This document shows positions 1 through 13,260 of a stretch of DNA of 64,000 bases, in pieces (the stretch's first letter is position 1; each line of letters opens with the position of its first letter). The position numbers and the translations under genes were made by a program. Origin of the DNA: Malacoraja senta (lineage: Eukaryota). The notes beneath the pieces were generated by a model. The model made no database searches. It was not told the origin of the DNA and saw only the letters and a list, made by a program, of their open reading frames with translations. The stretch lies in assembly GCA_038087875.1 (NCBI GenBank), contig CM075996.1:8682001-8746000 (forward strand). Direction: 5' to 3'.

Positions 1-1261
1 TCTTCTTGAACTGCTACAGCATATGGGATGGAAGTTTGGGATTTTGACCTCTGACTATGAGCGAACGGCAATTTCTATTCAAGTCTGGATGGTTGGGCAC
101 CATGCATATTCCACCCTCACTAGATCAGGGATCCCAAACTCTTCAACTTGGGGCCATTTACAGGTGAGGCTGAAATTGATACTGGCACCACCATCACATG
201 ACATGCAGATTAACATAACAGAGCTATACATCATTGAAACAGGCCCTTTGGTCCAACTATCCAATGCTGGACAAGTTGCTTAACCAAGCTTGTCCCACTT
301 GCTTGCACCTAGCCTAAATCCCTCCAATCCTTTCCTACCTGTGTGCCTGTCTAGGTGCCCTTTAAATGCTTGCTGGGAGATCTCTGGGCTTGCACAATAA
401 CATCAACTGGTGCAAAACACTCACTTGATCCCTTCATTCAATATCACGTGAACATTTCTATCATGACTCATAAGAACAAAGCAACAGTTCTAATCTAGAG
501 GTACGAGGTCTGCTTCAGGGTAGGTTAACAAAGTGTCACTCTATTTAGATTGTGTTGATAAGCTGCCAAATCCCCACACCTAGCACTAGTCCAGTGTCAT
601 GCTCGCAGCAATCCCTCATGTGATTGTCTCGCACGTAACCTTGTTTTCCATCTCACTTCCTTACAAGCATTGCAAAGACAGGAGTTCGAGAAAGGGCTTA
701 TTCTCTCATGTACAATGCGTGCTTGTAATAAAAGGATCAATGTCCCAGGCTAACAACCGCCAGCACTGAGTCCCCTGTTACATTCAAAATATAACAACAA
801 GGAACTGCAGATGCAGGTTTATACCAAAGATTGACACAGGCAGCGCCTGTGGGGAAAATGGGTAGGTGACATTTCAGGTCAGGACCCTTCTTCTTTTCAT
901 GTCCATCTTGTTACAAATGTTGACCTCGCTGTCATCGTCCGTCCTGAAAAGGACGCAAGCTTCCGGTGACAATCAGTGGAAGCCATCACTTGTCGCAATA
1001 GATGGTAGCAGAATTAGCTTAAAATACTTCCAGTTTCCAGCCCCGCGACGTGGATGCTTCTGCTATGGGGGCCAAAGCAGGACTCTTCTTCAGACTGAAG
1101 ATGATCTGGTGAAGAGTCCTGACCCGAAACGTCACCTATCCATTTTCTCCAGAGATGCTGCCTGACCCGAAACGCTGAGTTACTCCAGCATTTTGTGTCC
1201 ATGCCCAGTTATATTCAACAAGCGCTACTGGGCGGGCGATACTGTTTGTATGCCCAACACC

Positions 1262-1620
1262 ATACTCTTGAACCAGACAATCGACTCCAAGCTCTGCCAT
1301 AGGGCAGATGAACAGGCGGACTAAGTAAAATGTTCAAAAACGTGTTCACAGCCTCCTTGAAAAGAAAAAGGTGCAACATTCCCGCCAACTCCTGGGAATC
1401 ACATTCAGGATAGTATTCAGAATGGAGCACATAGATACCATGAAGAATTTCTTCATTGATGTCAGTTTGTACAGGCAAGTGGGTCCTCAGACAGAAGCCA
1501 CATTGTCTTTGTCTCTCTGTCATGGGTCTTAAATTGTCAGAAGTTGGAGTTGTGCTGTGTGCCCAGGTTGAGAGAGGACCATTGTTGATGTTCATCCTCT
1601 TGAGTTGACCAAGAACAAAT
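1262..1620 (+). mobile_element. Degraded RTE-type LINE 3' remnant
   Basis: Broken translation GGLSKMFKNVFTASLK...CNIPANSWES resembles the RTE ORF C-terminus. Confidence 0.5.
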
Positions 1621-3208
1621 ATTCAAGTGTCAAATGCGTTCATTGCGACTTGAAGACTGAAGCTGGTATGACCCCAGTTATGGAGTTGAGGTGACGTCAG
1701 TTGAACAGTTTCCTATTTATTCTGAAAACTACCTTCACAAGGCATAGACTTTCTGGAAGTGCTGGGAGAAAGACTCAGTAAAGTGTTGTTGATAAGAGAA
1801 TATTGAACTTGTCAACTGCCTGGCACTTGCATGGAATGAATGTTCTTTTCCATTTATCAGCCAAAGCTTGCTCACCACAGACTGAGGATTCAGGACCGCG
1901 ATCTGCCACGGATTGATGCACTAGGAACCCGTCCGGAAGGGCCGGCTCGTCCGCTCAGCGAGGAAGGTGTGGGACAGGGGGCCGGTGAGCAGAATGGCTG
2001 TGGGAGGGAGTGCACTGCTCGACGGTGGACCAGGCCGCTGGAAGCCCTGCAACAGCCTGGGGCTCGGCGGGACTGGGGTCCAAGAAACCGAGCACCTGCC
2101 TACAGCGGTGGAGCAGCGGAGAACACCAACAGCTTCATTAGCCAGGCCGACCTTGCGACGTCATCATGACAACGGGCCTTCATGGTCAGGTCAAGAACCC
2201 TACACTAACAACAACCGGGACTTAAAAATTGTGCCAAACTGGTGACTTTGAATATTGCCTCAGTGTACTAGTGCTATACACTTGTACTGCATATGAGATG
2301 CTTATCTAAGGTGTATCTAAGTGCTTATGTATAGTGATACTTGTACTGTACTGAATATAAAAATGAATTTCACTGTACATCAGTACATGTGACAAATAAG
2401 GTATCAATGAACCATTGAGGTACCGTGACCATCAGTAAACACCTCGACATCTGATTTAGGGGTAGAACCTGAAGATGTTGTCCTGACCTGACCTCCATCT
2501 ACAATCTTCCATTGCTCCAGTATGATTCAAGTCAGTGTAATGCTCCTCATTCCCCACCTCGACACCCCTCTCCAGGCCCAATTCCCAATAGCAAAAAGGC
2601 GACAATGTTTTCCACACCACTTCTTTCATGGATTCTGTAAGAGCCAGACTCAATGACCCCGTGCTAAGTAGCTCCCAACAGTGCTACTGATGCTTCCAAA
2701 ATCATATCCGGGTTCATTAAACTGCCATGCAATTCATTGAAGGCTTAGCCAATGCATCTCAGATGGCTCGTGCTGTACATAGGTATATGGAGCAGAACTA
2801 ATTTGGAGAATTTCTCATTCACTGGACTAGCCACGCAGGTAATGGCCAACCTACTTTGGTGCCAAATGTACATTGTCCTCCCACCTTAAGTATTGACTGG
2901 TGGTGCCTCACTAAAGTGCCATTGGCACAACTGTACTTTAATCCACCTGATTATTCAATGAGCCTTCACCAATTGCCTTAACTCACTAAGCACAATCTCA
3001 TTAATTTAATTAACTTTGCAGTTAATCCATTTATATAAGCAGTAATCTGATCGCACAACGCTCCCACACACGATTAGAAATACTGCTGCTATGGAGAACA
3101 TTTCAAGCATCTCTCTGTAAAATCTTGCTGTCAGTGATGTATTCCGTGAACCTTTTACAGGAAATAGCTGCATGATGTGTACCAGTCATTAAAGGAACAA
3201 ATAATTGT

Positions 3209-3441
3209 TTAAGAAGGAACTGCAGATGCTGGAAAATTGAAGGTAGACGAAAATGGTGGAGAAACTCAGCGGGTGCAGCAGCATCTATGGAGCGAAAGAA
3301 ATAGGCAACCCTTCTGAAGAAGGGTTTCGGCCTGAAACGTTGCCTATTTCCTTCGCTCCATAGATGCTGCTGCACCCGCTGAGTTTCTCCAGCATTTTTG
3401 TGTACCTTCGATTTTCCAGCATCTGCAGTTCCTTCTTTAAA
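3209..3441. mobile_element. Fold-back (palindromic) Penelope-terminal mini-element with hammerhead-like core at 3314-3341
   Basis: Left and right halves of about 100 bp are reverse complements; the centre reads CTGAAGAAGGGTTTCGGCCTGAAACGTT. Confidence 0.85.
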
Positions 3442-3574
3442 ACTAATGTGGCTGGTTTAACTCTTAGCACGAATGTTAAAACCATAACCTCTAATCACTG
3501 ATAGAAAACAGATCAGAGATAGAATCACGTATTATTGGGCATCACAGCATGCAATTCATCAACGTGTGCACTTA

Positions 3575-3853
3575 GGGTGGCACAGAGGTAGAGTTGCTGC
3601 CTATCAGCACCAGAGACCCGGGTTCAATTCTGACTACGGGTGCTGTCTGTACGGAGTTTGTGCGTTCCCCCTGTGTAGGTTTTCTTCGGGTGCGCCGGTT
3701 TCCTCCCACATTCTGAAGATGTGCAAGTTTGTAGGTTAATTGGGACTTCTGTAAATTGTCCGTAGTGTGTAGGATAGAACTAGTGTACGGGTGATCGCTG
3801 GTAGGTTAGGGCACGGTGGGGCCTGTTTCCACGCTGTATCACTAAACTAAACT
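3575..3853 (+). mobile_element. tRNA-derived SINE (HE1/V-SINE-like)
   Basis: A-box and B-box-like head (ggtggcacagaggtagag...gggttcaattc), shared core, CR1-like 3' end and (CTAAA)n tail. Confidence 0.85.
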
Positions 3854-4137
3854 TTTAACAGAGGAATGGTGAAGTAAAAAATTGAGGAATGATTGGGCAA
3901 GGGCGGAATGCCAAGCTAAGGGTTGGCAATGAATGCTGTGCTTAAATACACTATGACAAATAAGGTTGGCAGGCTACAGACCATGACTGCCATGTGGGAT
4001 TATACAGTGGTGGCAGTAACAGAGTTCTGGCTCAAACACGGAACAGGAATGGAAAATTAATATTCCTGGCCACAACGCATAGAAGGAAGAGAGAAGGGGA
4101 AATAAAAGTGCTAGCAGTATTGATTAAAGATACAGCT

Positions 4138-4322
4138 ACAGCTCGACCTACAATGGAGTTACGTTTCGATAAACCCAACGTAAACCAAAAATATCGCAAG
4201 TCGAAAACGCATTGCGATCACGTGACGGGAAGTGAGGTGCGGCTCGCTGCCGTTGCCGTGCGTTTGCCGATCGTAAAGTCGAAATATCGCAAGTCGAAGC
4301 ATCGTAAATCGGGGAGTACCTG
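4138..4322. mobile_element. Tigger/pogo-like MITE remnant
   Basis: The right end reads CAGGTACTCCCCGATTTACGA on the minus strand, a Tigger-type TIR. CpG-rich tcgcaagtcg repeats inside; the left end is degenerate. Confidence 0.55.
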
Positions 4323-4513
4323 TCCTACAATAGCCCTGAAAGAAAATACTATGATTTGAGCTTGAACTTATTCACTTTTAATTTGTAAAACTTAAAGAAT
4401 ACTCCCAAGGGCCTATTTGGGAAAATAGTTTATTTTAAAATCTCCAATGAAGTCCGCAGGCCAGAAGGAGGTTACCAGTACACTGCCTGTCAGAAGGAGG
4501 TCACCAGTACACT

Positions 4514-5562
4514 ACACTCCTGACCTATTAGATGAGATAATGAATATCAGCTAATTTAATATCATACCTGTATAATTCCATTTTAAACATAGAAATTCCA
4601 TCATCTGATGGGATTAGAAATGAATGGGAACAGGAACTAGCTACAAAAATCTCGAAAGAGAGTTAGGATAAACACCTGTTATATATGCATATATGCATAA
4701 ATGATCGATTAACGTAAGACATACTCTAATTCAATTACAAATTTTACATAGATTATACTATTCGAAAGTTAAATTAAGTAAATTTTACCCAAATACCTCT
4801 TCTATCTGTGATAAATGCCTAACCCAAGAAGCAACTATAGCACATTCTTTTGTTTTTTGTATAAAAATCCCAAAATTTTGGAATGAAATTTTTGAAATTT
4901 TCACTAAATTATTTAAAATAAAGCTGAAACCGAATGCAGAACTGATTATTTTTGGAACAATAGAAGCAAGTTTGGAGCTGACTTCGTTTCAAAGGAGTTT
5001 CCTTAATTATGGCTTAATAACGGCAAAAAAACTTATACTGAAATTTTGGAAAAATGCTCCCACGCCAACGACAAAAATGTGAACTTCTAATATGTCGGAA
5101 TTGTTACACCTAGAAGATATGAGATTCCTCTTAGCAGGTAAACCAGACAATTCCAAAAGATTTGGTCTCCATTTATCGACTTATTACAAACATAGGGTGA
5201 AACAAAATGTTGATAATAAATGGTTTCAGGACCTGACGAGGGGTGAATAAAGATATGAAGTAGGTACATCCCTTTCATATTGTCCTACCTTATCTTATGC
5301 TTTCTTTTTTCTTTTTCCTCCTTTTGGTTTTTCTCTTTTTCTTTCTTTTTTTTCTCTCTAACTATTTCTTGTGGTTTAGGTTCATATGGGTGTTCCTGGA
5401 CCACTCTTTCAATCACTCACTTACTATCTTTACTAACTCTTTCTATCCTTTTTTCTTATTAAAGTTTAAAATAAGAAGTGGTACAAGAAAAGTATAAACT
5501 TACGTTATTGCAGATTATTGTAATGTACAATACTTCTAATAAAATAAAAAATAAAAAATAAA
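4514..5562 (+). mobile_element. 5'-truncated L1-clade LINE (ORF2 C-terminus, T-rich 3' UTR, A-rich tail)
   Basis: Decayed homology to the L1 at 32700-34380 (TPDLLDEIMNI, CDKC..HSF zinc knuckle, NYGLITAKKLILKFWKN); ends in aataaaataaaaaataaaaaataaa. Confidence 0.8.
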
Positions 5563-5914
5563 GTAAAAGAATGCCATCCACACGATATTTACATTGTCAT
5601 TCCTTTCGATTTGAGAATAGCAGTTTCCAAAATGTACCCAATGACGCAACAGTTTGTGGAATGTCTTAATGGTGGCAAGTTGATGGTGAAAAATAAATGG
5701 ATATTTGTGGATGAATTTGGAATGAAAATTAGATGTGCACAATTACATGAAAGACAGCAAAGACTTTATTGCAGATGAGATTCAGGAAATAGCCAAACTG
5801 TACATAGTTCACAGTGGTTAATTCCATGGTTTTCAAAAACCCACCCGTCATCTTTTAGTGTGGATGTGTGACAGCTCAGTGAAAATCCACTCGTATTTGT
5901 TGGCTCCAAGTCCA

Positions 5915-6520
5915 TAGTCACAACATAAGTAGACAGCGATAAAGAAGGAGTGTGGTATGCTTGCCTTCACATCACAGGCTATTGTGTTTAAGATTCAGGA
6001 AGCCACGTCACAGCTTCATAAAACTTTGGTTCGGCTGCATTTGAAGTATTGCGTACGGTTCTGCTCGCACCATTACAGGAAGAACATGGAGGCTTTGGAG
6101 AAGGGTCAGAAGGAGGTTACCAGTACACTGCCTGGATTAGAGGGTGTTAGCTTTACAAAGAGGCTGGATATATTTGGATTGTTTTCTTTGGTACACCAGA
6201 GGTTGAGAGAGATATAACAGTAATTTATAAAAATTATGAGAGACATCGATATGGTAGACAGATAATTTTCCCCCAATGGGGGACATTTTAATTACTGGAG
6301 GGCATAGATTGAAGATGAAGGAGGCAGTTTAGAGTTGAGGTGCTATAAAAGGTTTTTTTCTTTAAACACAACCACAGTAGATGCGTGGAATGCACTGCCA
6401 TGGGTGGTGGCGGAAGCAGATACGCTAAGTGTGTTTAAGAGACTATTAGTTGGATACATGGATATACAGGGAATGGTCAGACACGGAGAACATGCAGGCA
6501 GAAGGGATTAGTTTAATTAG
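5915..6520 (+). mobile_element. Old CR1 LINE 3' fragment
   Basis: LHKTLVRLHLKYCVRFCS motif from the CR1 ORF2 C-terminus. Confidence 0.75.
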
Positions 6521-7009
6521 GCTGGACCACACTGAACCGTGGGTGATTCTCCCAGTGATCCTGTTGCTGAAGGGAAGCCAAGCTGAAAACAGCCACACGC
6601 ATGCCAGCTTCACAGCAGGTACTTGCCAGAGGTTTTTGATAATTATTTAAACACTGACATTGCGGAGGGCAAATAAAGAAAGTCACTACCTTTGAAGACC
6701 CTGAAATACACGGTGATCAAGTTCAAGTTTACATTTATTGTCACATGCACCAATTGGTACAGTGAGATTTGAGTTAACATACAGCCATACGAATAAAAAG
6801 AACACAACACACGATAGAATTAAACATGAACATCCCCACACGGCGGAATCAACGTTTCCCACTGTGAGGGAAGGCAATAAAGTTCAGTCATCCTCCTTTA
6901 TAACAGTATAACATCTTCCTCTATTACAGATCCAACTATAACTGCCCCATTTGCAGGAATTCCCATTCATTAGCAACACTGCATGGAAAAGATCTGAACG
7001 TATTCAAAT

Positions 7010-7361
7010 CATAGAAACATAGAAAATAGGTGCAGGAGGAGTCCATTCAGCCCTTCGAGCCAACCGCCATTCTTTGTGATCATGGCTGATCGTCCCCAAT
7101 CAATAACCCTTGCCCGCCTTCTCCCCATATCCCTTGATTCCACCAGCACCTAGAGCTCTATCTAACTCTCACTTAAATCCATCCAGTGACTTGGCCTCCA
7201 CTGCCCTCTGTGGCAGGGAATTCCACAAATTCACAACTCTCTGGGTGAAAAAGTTTTTTCTCACCTCAGTCTTAAATGGCTTCCCCTTTATTCTAAGACT
7301 GTGGCCCCTAGTTCTGGACTCGCCCAACATTGGGAACATTTTTCCTGCATCTAGCTTGTCC
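7010..7361 (-). mobile_element. CR1 LINE 3' end
   Basis: Same 3' UTR and ORF2 tail as the other CR1 copies; (CATAGAAA) tail. Confidence 0.85.
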
Positions 7362-7489
7362 AGACGAGGGACTAGACAAATCGCCAGGGACTAACGCGAA
7401 TTGTCTACGAGCTGATACCGCAAACTAGCTGGAGAAACTCTACGAGAGCTGAGATCTATATACAGAGTATCTGTGCATTACACTTGCTA

Positions 7490-7798
7490 CTTAGTTTAGT
7501 TTAGAGATACAGCGCGGAAACATGCCCTTCGGTCCACCAGGTCCGTGCAGACCAGAGATACCCGCACATTAACACTATCCAACACACACTGGGGACAATT
7601 TAAAATTATACCAAGTCAATTAACCTACAAACCTGTGTGTCTTTGGAGTGTGGGAGATAACCCGAGATCCCGGAAAAACCCCACGCAGTTCACGGGGAGA
7701 ACGTACAAACTCCGTACAAACAAGCATCCATAGTCAGGATTGAACCCGGGTCTATGGTGCTGTAAGGCAGCAACTCTACCGCTCAGCCACCATGCCGC
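7490..7798 (-). mobile_element. tRNA-derived SINE (HE1-like)
   Basis: Reverse complement of the 3575 SINE, with (TTTAG)n tail. Confidence 0.85.
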
Positions 7799-7973
7799 CT
7801 TACTTGTGAATAAGTAATAAAGGAAGATGTCAATTTTGTTACATCCTTCAAATTAGAATTGAAATTTTGAAGGTGACAATAAATCGTGAGTTGTGCTAAA
7901 CTGCCACCTACTCAACGCCAGTGTCCTTCAAGTCTTCTTTACATTCCATTGGATGACTGTAGTTGAATTTAAC

Positions 7974-8275
7974 TGTGGCACAGCTGGTAGTTCTGCTGCC
8001 TCACAGCACCATTGCCCCAGGTCCTGACCTCGAGTGCTGTCTGTGTGGAGTTTGCATGTTCTCCCTGTGACAGCGTGGGTTTCCTCCAGGTGCTCAGGTT
8101 TCCTCCCTCATCCAAAGGACATGCAGGTTTGTAGGTTAATTGGCCCTCTGTAAATTGCCCCTGGTGTGTAGGGAGTGGATGGGACAGTGAGATAACATAG
8201 AACTAGTGTAAACGGGTGATCGATGGTCGATGTGGACTGGATGGGTCGAAGGGCCTGTTTCCATGCTCTATCTCT
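7974..8275 (+). mobile_element. tRNA-derived SINE (HE1-like)
   Basis: Family consensus match. Confidence 0.8.
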
Positions 8276-9899
8276 ACGTACATGTTCACTAAACGCAGGC
8301 AAAACAAAACATTGAGCCTAGACGCTGCAATTTCTCAGACAAAACCTTGTTTTGGATAAGCACTTATCCTCTTTGAAGCAATTATCCCAATTCTCTTGAT
8401 GACTGTAGTTTAATTTTTAATGATTGAATACAGGAGAGTGAACAAGAAATGCTGGAATCATGCTCACTCCAACGCCCACTAATCTATCTTTTTCACAGAA
8501 TTTGAATATTGGATAGGTACAAAACAAATTCATCAGTAATGACTGAGAACATGTAAGCGTTATCAAGCTCAATTTAATACTGATTTACAGAGAACAAATT
8601 CTGCATTTCTTCACTGTTCATTAAATAATAAGCATCCAATTTTGGCACACTATCAAACGCCCTCCCCCCCTCCCCCCCTCCTCTCCCAAAATGAACCAAA
8701 ACTAAATGAATAATTCAAGCTCCACATACGATTCAAAGAGGCAAAATCCATATGGCCACAATTAAGCTCCAAACCACAACTTTTGTGCTGATGAATCCGA
8801 TATACCGCTGCACATCAAACATTCAGAACTGCAAGAGCAACCGCAAACCAAATTTCATAAAGATGAAGGAGAACGGTCGCAGACTGGGGAAGATGAGAGC
8901 GGGTTGGGGAAAGCAGTTGGGGCCAGGATGATAATTCCAGTAAACTGTGTTGGGAGTTCAACCTCAATGTGTTTCTTTTCAACCGGGAGAGCAATGCTGA
9001 CCGTGGTGTGCCCTGTGTAGGAATGCCCCATCACACTTTCAACAGGTGCCCGGGTCTCTGTGACTCATTGCCACACTGACAGGCGCCCAGTGTACCCCCC
9101 CCCCCCCCCCCACGGACCGTGTCCCGTGACCACACCATACAGGTGGACCTGTGTAGGCTCCATTATCAGAGAGGTGAGAGCTGTGTTGTGCAACCTGTCA
9201 TCGCCCTCACTGGACATGGTCTGCACGTGCTGGCTGTATCTCTGATCAAAAACGTGCAAAATCCCTTTTAGCCGAATGGCCACTTAAAGCTTTACTTACT
9301 GGTCAATGACAATGGACCTCTGAATTAACTTGCGGCTTTAAAGCTTAACTGTTGGACAAGGTTAACATGGGTGGAGTGCTCTAATTGGGTTACATGCACG
9401 GACACACTTACACTTGCAGTTAACACTGCTACTCGTTCCATAGAATGAACAAACAGAGAACTGTAACATCATTCATTCTCCCGTATACAGTGCAGGTCCC
9501 ATTCTCTCTGATCAACATCTTTCAAGATCTTTCCAGATCATATCTACTCACTGCAATAAAAAATAGAATTTGCTGCGATTCCTCATATGTTTTGCCCAAA
9601 ATGTTGAAATCTTGCCCCTTGTTCCTTGAAGCATCTAGTAATGGTGAGGTTTCCTTCTTTCCACCATGTTTTTGAAGTAGTAATATTTTCGTGTACCTCT
9701 ATCAAATCTTCCTGCAAGTTTTCTGTTCCAAAGAGATCAACACGGCTTCTCTGGTCCCACCACATAAATGTCACGGCTCATCCCCACAAACAGATGGTTC
9801 AGAAGAACCATTACTTCTTTTCTAAACTTGTGACCACCAGACATTGACGCAGTGCGAGCAGTGGCTGTCTTGTAACCTCTGCCTCAGTACTTGGTGTTC

Positions 9900-10700
9900 A
9901 TAGGTTTTAGTAGAATAAAGCCATTCGGCCCATCAAGTCTACTACATCAATCAATCATGACTGATCTATCTTTCCCTCTCAACCCCATTCTCCTGCTTCT
10001 CCCCATAACGCTTACTAATCAAAAATATGTTAATCTCTGCCTTATCCAATAATCCATTGATGGCCTCCACAGCCTTCTATGGCACTGAATTCCACAGGTT
10101 CCAAAGAAATTCCTCCTCATCTCCTTTCTAAAGGTACATCCTTTTATTCCGAGGCTATGGCCTGAAACATCCTCTCCATATCCACTCTATTCATGTCTTT
10201 CACTATTCGGTAAGTTTCAATGAGGTCTACCCTCATCCTTATATTGTCTATTCCTGAATCCCATACAATAGACAATAGGTGCAGGAGTAGGTCATTCGGC
10301 CCTTCGAGCCATTCAATGTGATCATGGCTGATCATCCCCAATCAGTACCCCGTTCCTGCCTTCTCCCCTATCTGGCTCTCTCTTGAAAGTATCCAGAGAA
10401 CCGACCTCCACCGCCCTCTGAGGCAGAGAATTCCATAGACTTACAACTCTCTGTGAGAAAAAGTGTTTCCTCATCTCCGTTCTAAATGGCTTACCCCTTA
10501 TTCTCAAACTGTGGCCCCTGGTTCTGGACTCCCCCAACATCGGGAACATATTTCCTGCCTCTAGCGTGTCCAAACCCTAAATAATCTTATATGTTTCAAT
10601 AAGATCCCCTCTCATCCTTCTAAATCCAGAGTGTACAAACCCAGCCGCTCCATTCTCTCAGCATATGACAGTCCCGCCATCCCGGGAATTAACCTTGTAA
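9900..10700 (-). mobile_element. Two adjacent CR1 3' fragments (older 9900-10240, younger 10265-10700)
   Basis: GESRTRGHSLRIRGKPF...WNSLPQ translation and CR1 3' UTR. Confidence 0.8.
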
Positions 10701-11226
10701 CAGTTGACTAACCACCTCAAGCTCTCTTGGCACTTCTAAACTCCTGCAGACACCTTATGCTCTGATGATCACTGCTCCCCAAGTATTCTCTCACCGACAG
10801 GTGACCCATGTCGCTCCTCAAAACCAGGGCCAACAATGTCTCTGTCAGTTACTGACAGGAAAAATAGAGTTGTCCTCTTATCCTCACTAATTTGGTCTAA
10901 CAAGGAATTATCACCAGGGGTGGGATCTACTGTACATTTCTGAGGTCACAGAGAATGATGTCTTTATGGACAGTGTGAAGTTGGACTTAACCAAAACCAA
11001 TATAGATTAAATGATCAGAAAGTTGAGAAATGTGTTCCTAAGCGTAACAGGCTCAGAGCACCCATTGTATATTTTGCACTGACTCATACCACAAATAGTC
11101 ATAGTTTCACCTTTTTGCAGGGGGAGGAAGTAATGATAATATATTTAGACTGCAATGCAAACCCAAAGCAATTCAGGAAATGGTTAGATAACATGAATCT
11201 TTAATTATTGATAAGGTAACACTTAC

Positions 11227-11275
11227 CAAGCGATTATTCTCATAGACATTTTCTTTAGAGAGTGAATCAAATTCT
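11227..11275 (-). CDS. MICALL1: MICAL-like protein coding exon 2 (49 nt)
   Basis: ttgtttcttttgcag|AGAATTTGATTCACTCTCTAAAGAAAATGTCTATGAGAATAATCGCTTG|gtaagt encodes (I)EFDSLSKENVYENNRL. The phase matches exon 1 and continues the CH domain. Confidence 0.92.
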
Positions 11276-12156
11276 CTGCAAAAGAAACAAAAATATCAAA
11301 TACAATATAGTCGAATCAAAGAACTGGTTTACCAAAGATATAAAATACTGGAGTAACTCAGCGGGTCAGGTAGAATACCTGGAGAACATGGATAGGTCAC
11401 GTTTCAGTTCTGGACCCTTCAGACTGGGTCCAGATCCAAAACGTCACCCATGTTCTTCAGAGATGCTGCCCGACCTGTCTTTGCTCAGATAAGCCTGGCA
11501 GCAGTTGGGTATGTGAGGAACATGTGTGAGATAATTAGCAGAAGCAAGATGAGGGGGAGAAAGGCGTGGGAATTAAGAAAAATGTCACCAATGAATCGAG
11601 AGAGTGGGTTAGAGTTACGGCGGGGAGAAGTCCCAGTCAGTTGCTGCTGGTGGCCTGGGTTGAAGAATGGAAACTCCGGCTGTGTACTGTGCTCGATGGT
11701 ACACTGCATTGCAACTAGATTTAAACATTAACAATTTGGAATGGTGCAAAGGAAACGTGCTGCAATGAGCATGGTATTTCTATAAATACCATGAGTATGA
11801 ACACGAGAAAGCTAATTACATCTGACCATTTCAAACGCACACCAACATTTGGCAACTCAGCTGTTTTTTTTCTCACAAAAATATACTTTATTTATAATAT
11901 TTACAGTAAATACAATCAGGAATGTCGATCTGTGCTCATTGTACCAAGAAATGCAACACCTTGCCTTGCAACAGCCCAGTGGCTGGGCTCTGGGCCCTGC
12001 AGCAACACTAGCCCTGCGGTGCAATAGCTCAAGGTCACAGCCCTTCTGTCATCTGTCGCTAACGGCAGCAAAAGCCAAGATGTGAACTCATCCCTTCTTG
12101 GCCACGGAGGTTCCAGAAAAAGAGGCAATGGTAGCAGAGGAGAGGTAAGTAAGGTC

Positions 12157-12466
12157 AGTGGCGCAGCGGGAGTGTTGCTGCCTCACAGCGCCAGAGACTC
12201 GGGTTCGATCCTGACAACAGGTGCTGTCTGTACGGAGTTTGTATGTCCTCCGTGGCTATGTGGGTTTTCTCTGGTGCTCCGGTTTCCTCCCACACTCCAA
12301 AGACGTACAGGTTTGTAGGCTAATTGGCTTGGTAAAATTGCAAATTATCCCTAGTGTAGGATGTAGTATCCCACTAACTGTGGGATAGTGTTAGTGTATG
12401 GGGTGAACACTGGTTGGCACAGACTCGGTGCGCGGAAAGGCCGCCTTCCATGTTGTATCTCTAAAA
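12157..12466 (+). mobile_element. tRNA-derived SINE (HE1-like)
   Basis: gtggcgcagcgg...gggttcgatcc head plus family body. Confidence 0.85.
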
Positions 12467-12977
12467 TTTCCAAAGTCTGAAGGTAGAGGGCAGAGTAATC
12501 TGTGGGGGCGGTCACAGTGTAGCAGCCACAGTCAGTTTACAGGTGGCAGAGTCTGGGAGGAGGAGTGTTGGGAGAGACCAGGTACAGACAGCTGTATGGA
12601 ACAGGGGCAGGAGCCACAGGGTGGGGTGGGCATGGGGCACAGAGCCAGAATGACGCACAGGGTGGGGCAAACAAGCTGGAAGTTTGGAAGGTGGAGGCTG
12701 ACAGACAGAGGGTTGAGGGGGTGGGGGGAAGGGCAGAGCCGCATCTCCGACTCTGCCTGCAGCTACTTTTAATGCACTTCCTCCCACTCTGCTTCCCGCA
12801 GGGACTCTGTTCCATTCTCCCGTTTCTCCACTCCCCTCACACTTGTGTGGACTGACTGTACTTTTACCATTGCCTATCATTTTCGTCAGCCATGGAGCAC
12901 CTTTCAGAGCTGCTCAATTACCTCTGCTCCATTTCCCACACTTTTGCCCTCTCTACCCACCACCTCCGCATCCAACA

Positions 12978-13260
12978 ATTTAGTTTCGAGATGCAGCGCG
13001 GAACCAGGCCCTTCGACCCACTGAGTCCGCTCTGACTGGCAAACCCCGCACACTAACACTATCCTACCCACACTCGGGACGATTTACAATTTTACCAGGC
13101 CAATTAAGCTACAAACCGGCATGAATTTGGAGTGCAGGAGGAAACCGGAGCACACGAAGAAAACCTACGCAGGTCATGGGAAGAACGTACAAACTCCATA
13201 CAAAGAGCACCTGTACATAGGATTGAACCGGGGGCTCTGGCGCTGCACCACCCTGCCGCC
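12978..13260 (-). mobile_element. tRNA-derived SINE (HE1-like)
   Basis: Inverted family copy. Confidence 0.8.

Noticed and set aside
79..264. EEFGIP peptide resembling MICALL1 exon 3 (ELGIPALLD)
   Set aside because: The flanking residues do not match the CH domain and the frame soon stops. Exon 3 is probably left of the window.
1215..1595. 126-aa minus-strand ORF as a possible host exon
   Set aside because: The opposite strand reads as a decayed RTE C-terminus.
3575..3660. tRNA-like sequences at SINE heads
   Set aside because: They are SINE promoters continuing into SINE bodies, not complete cloverleaf tRNA genes.
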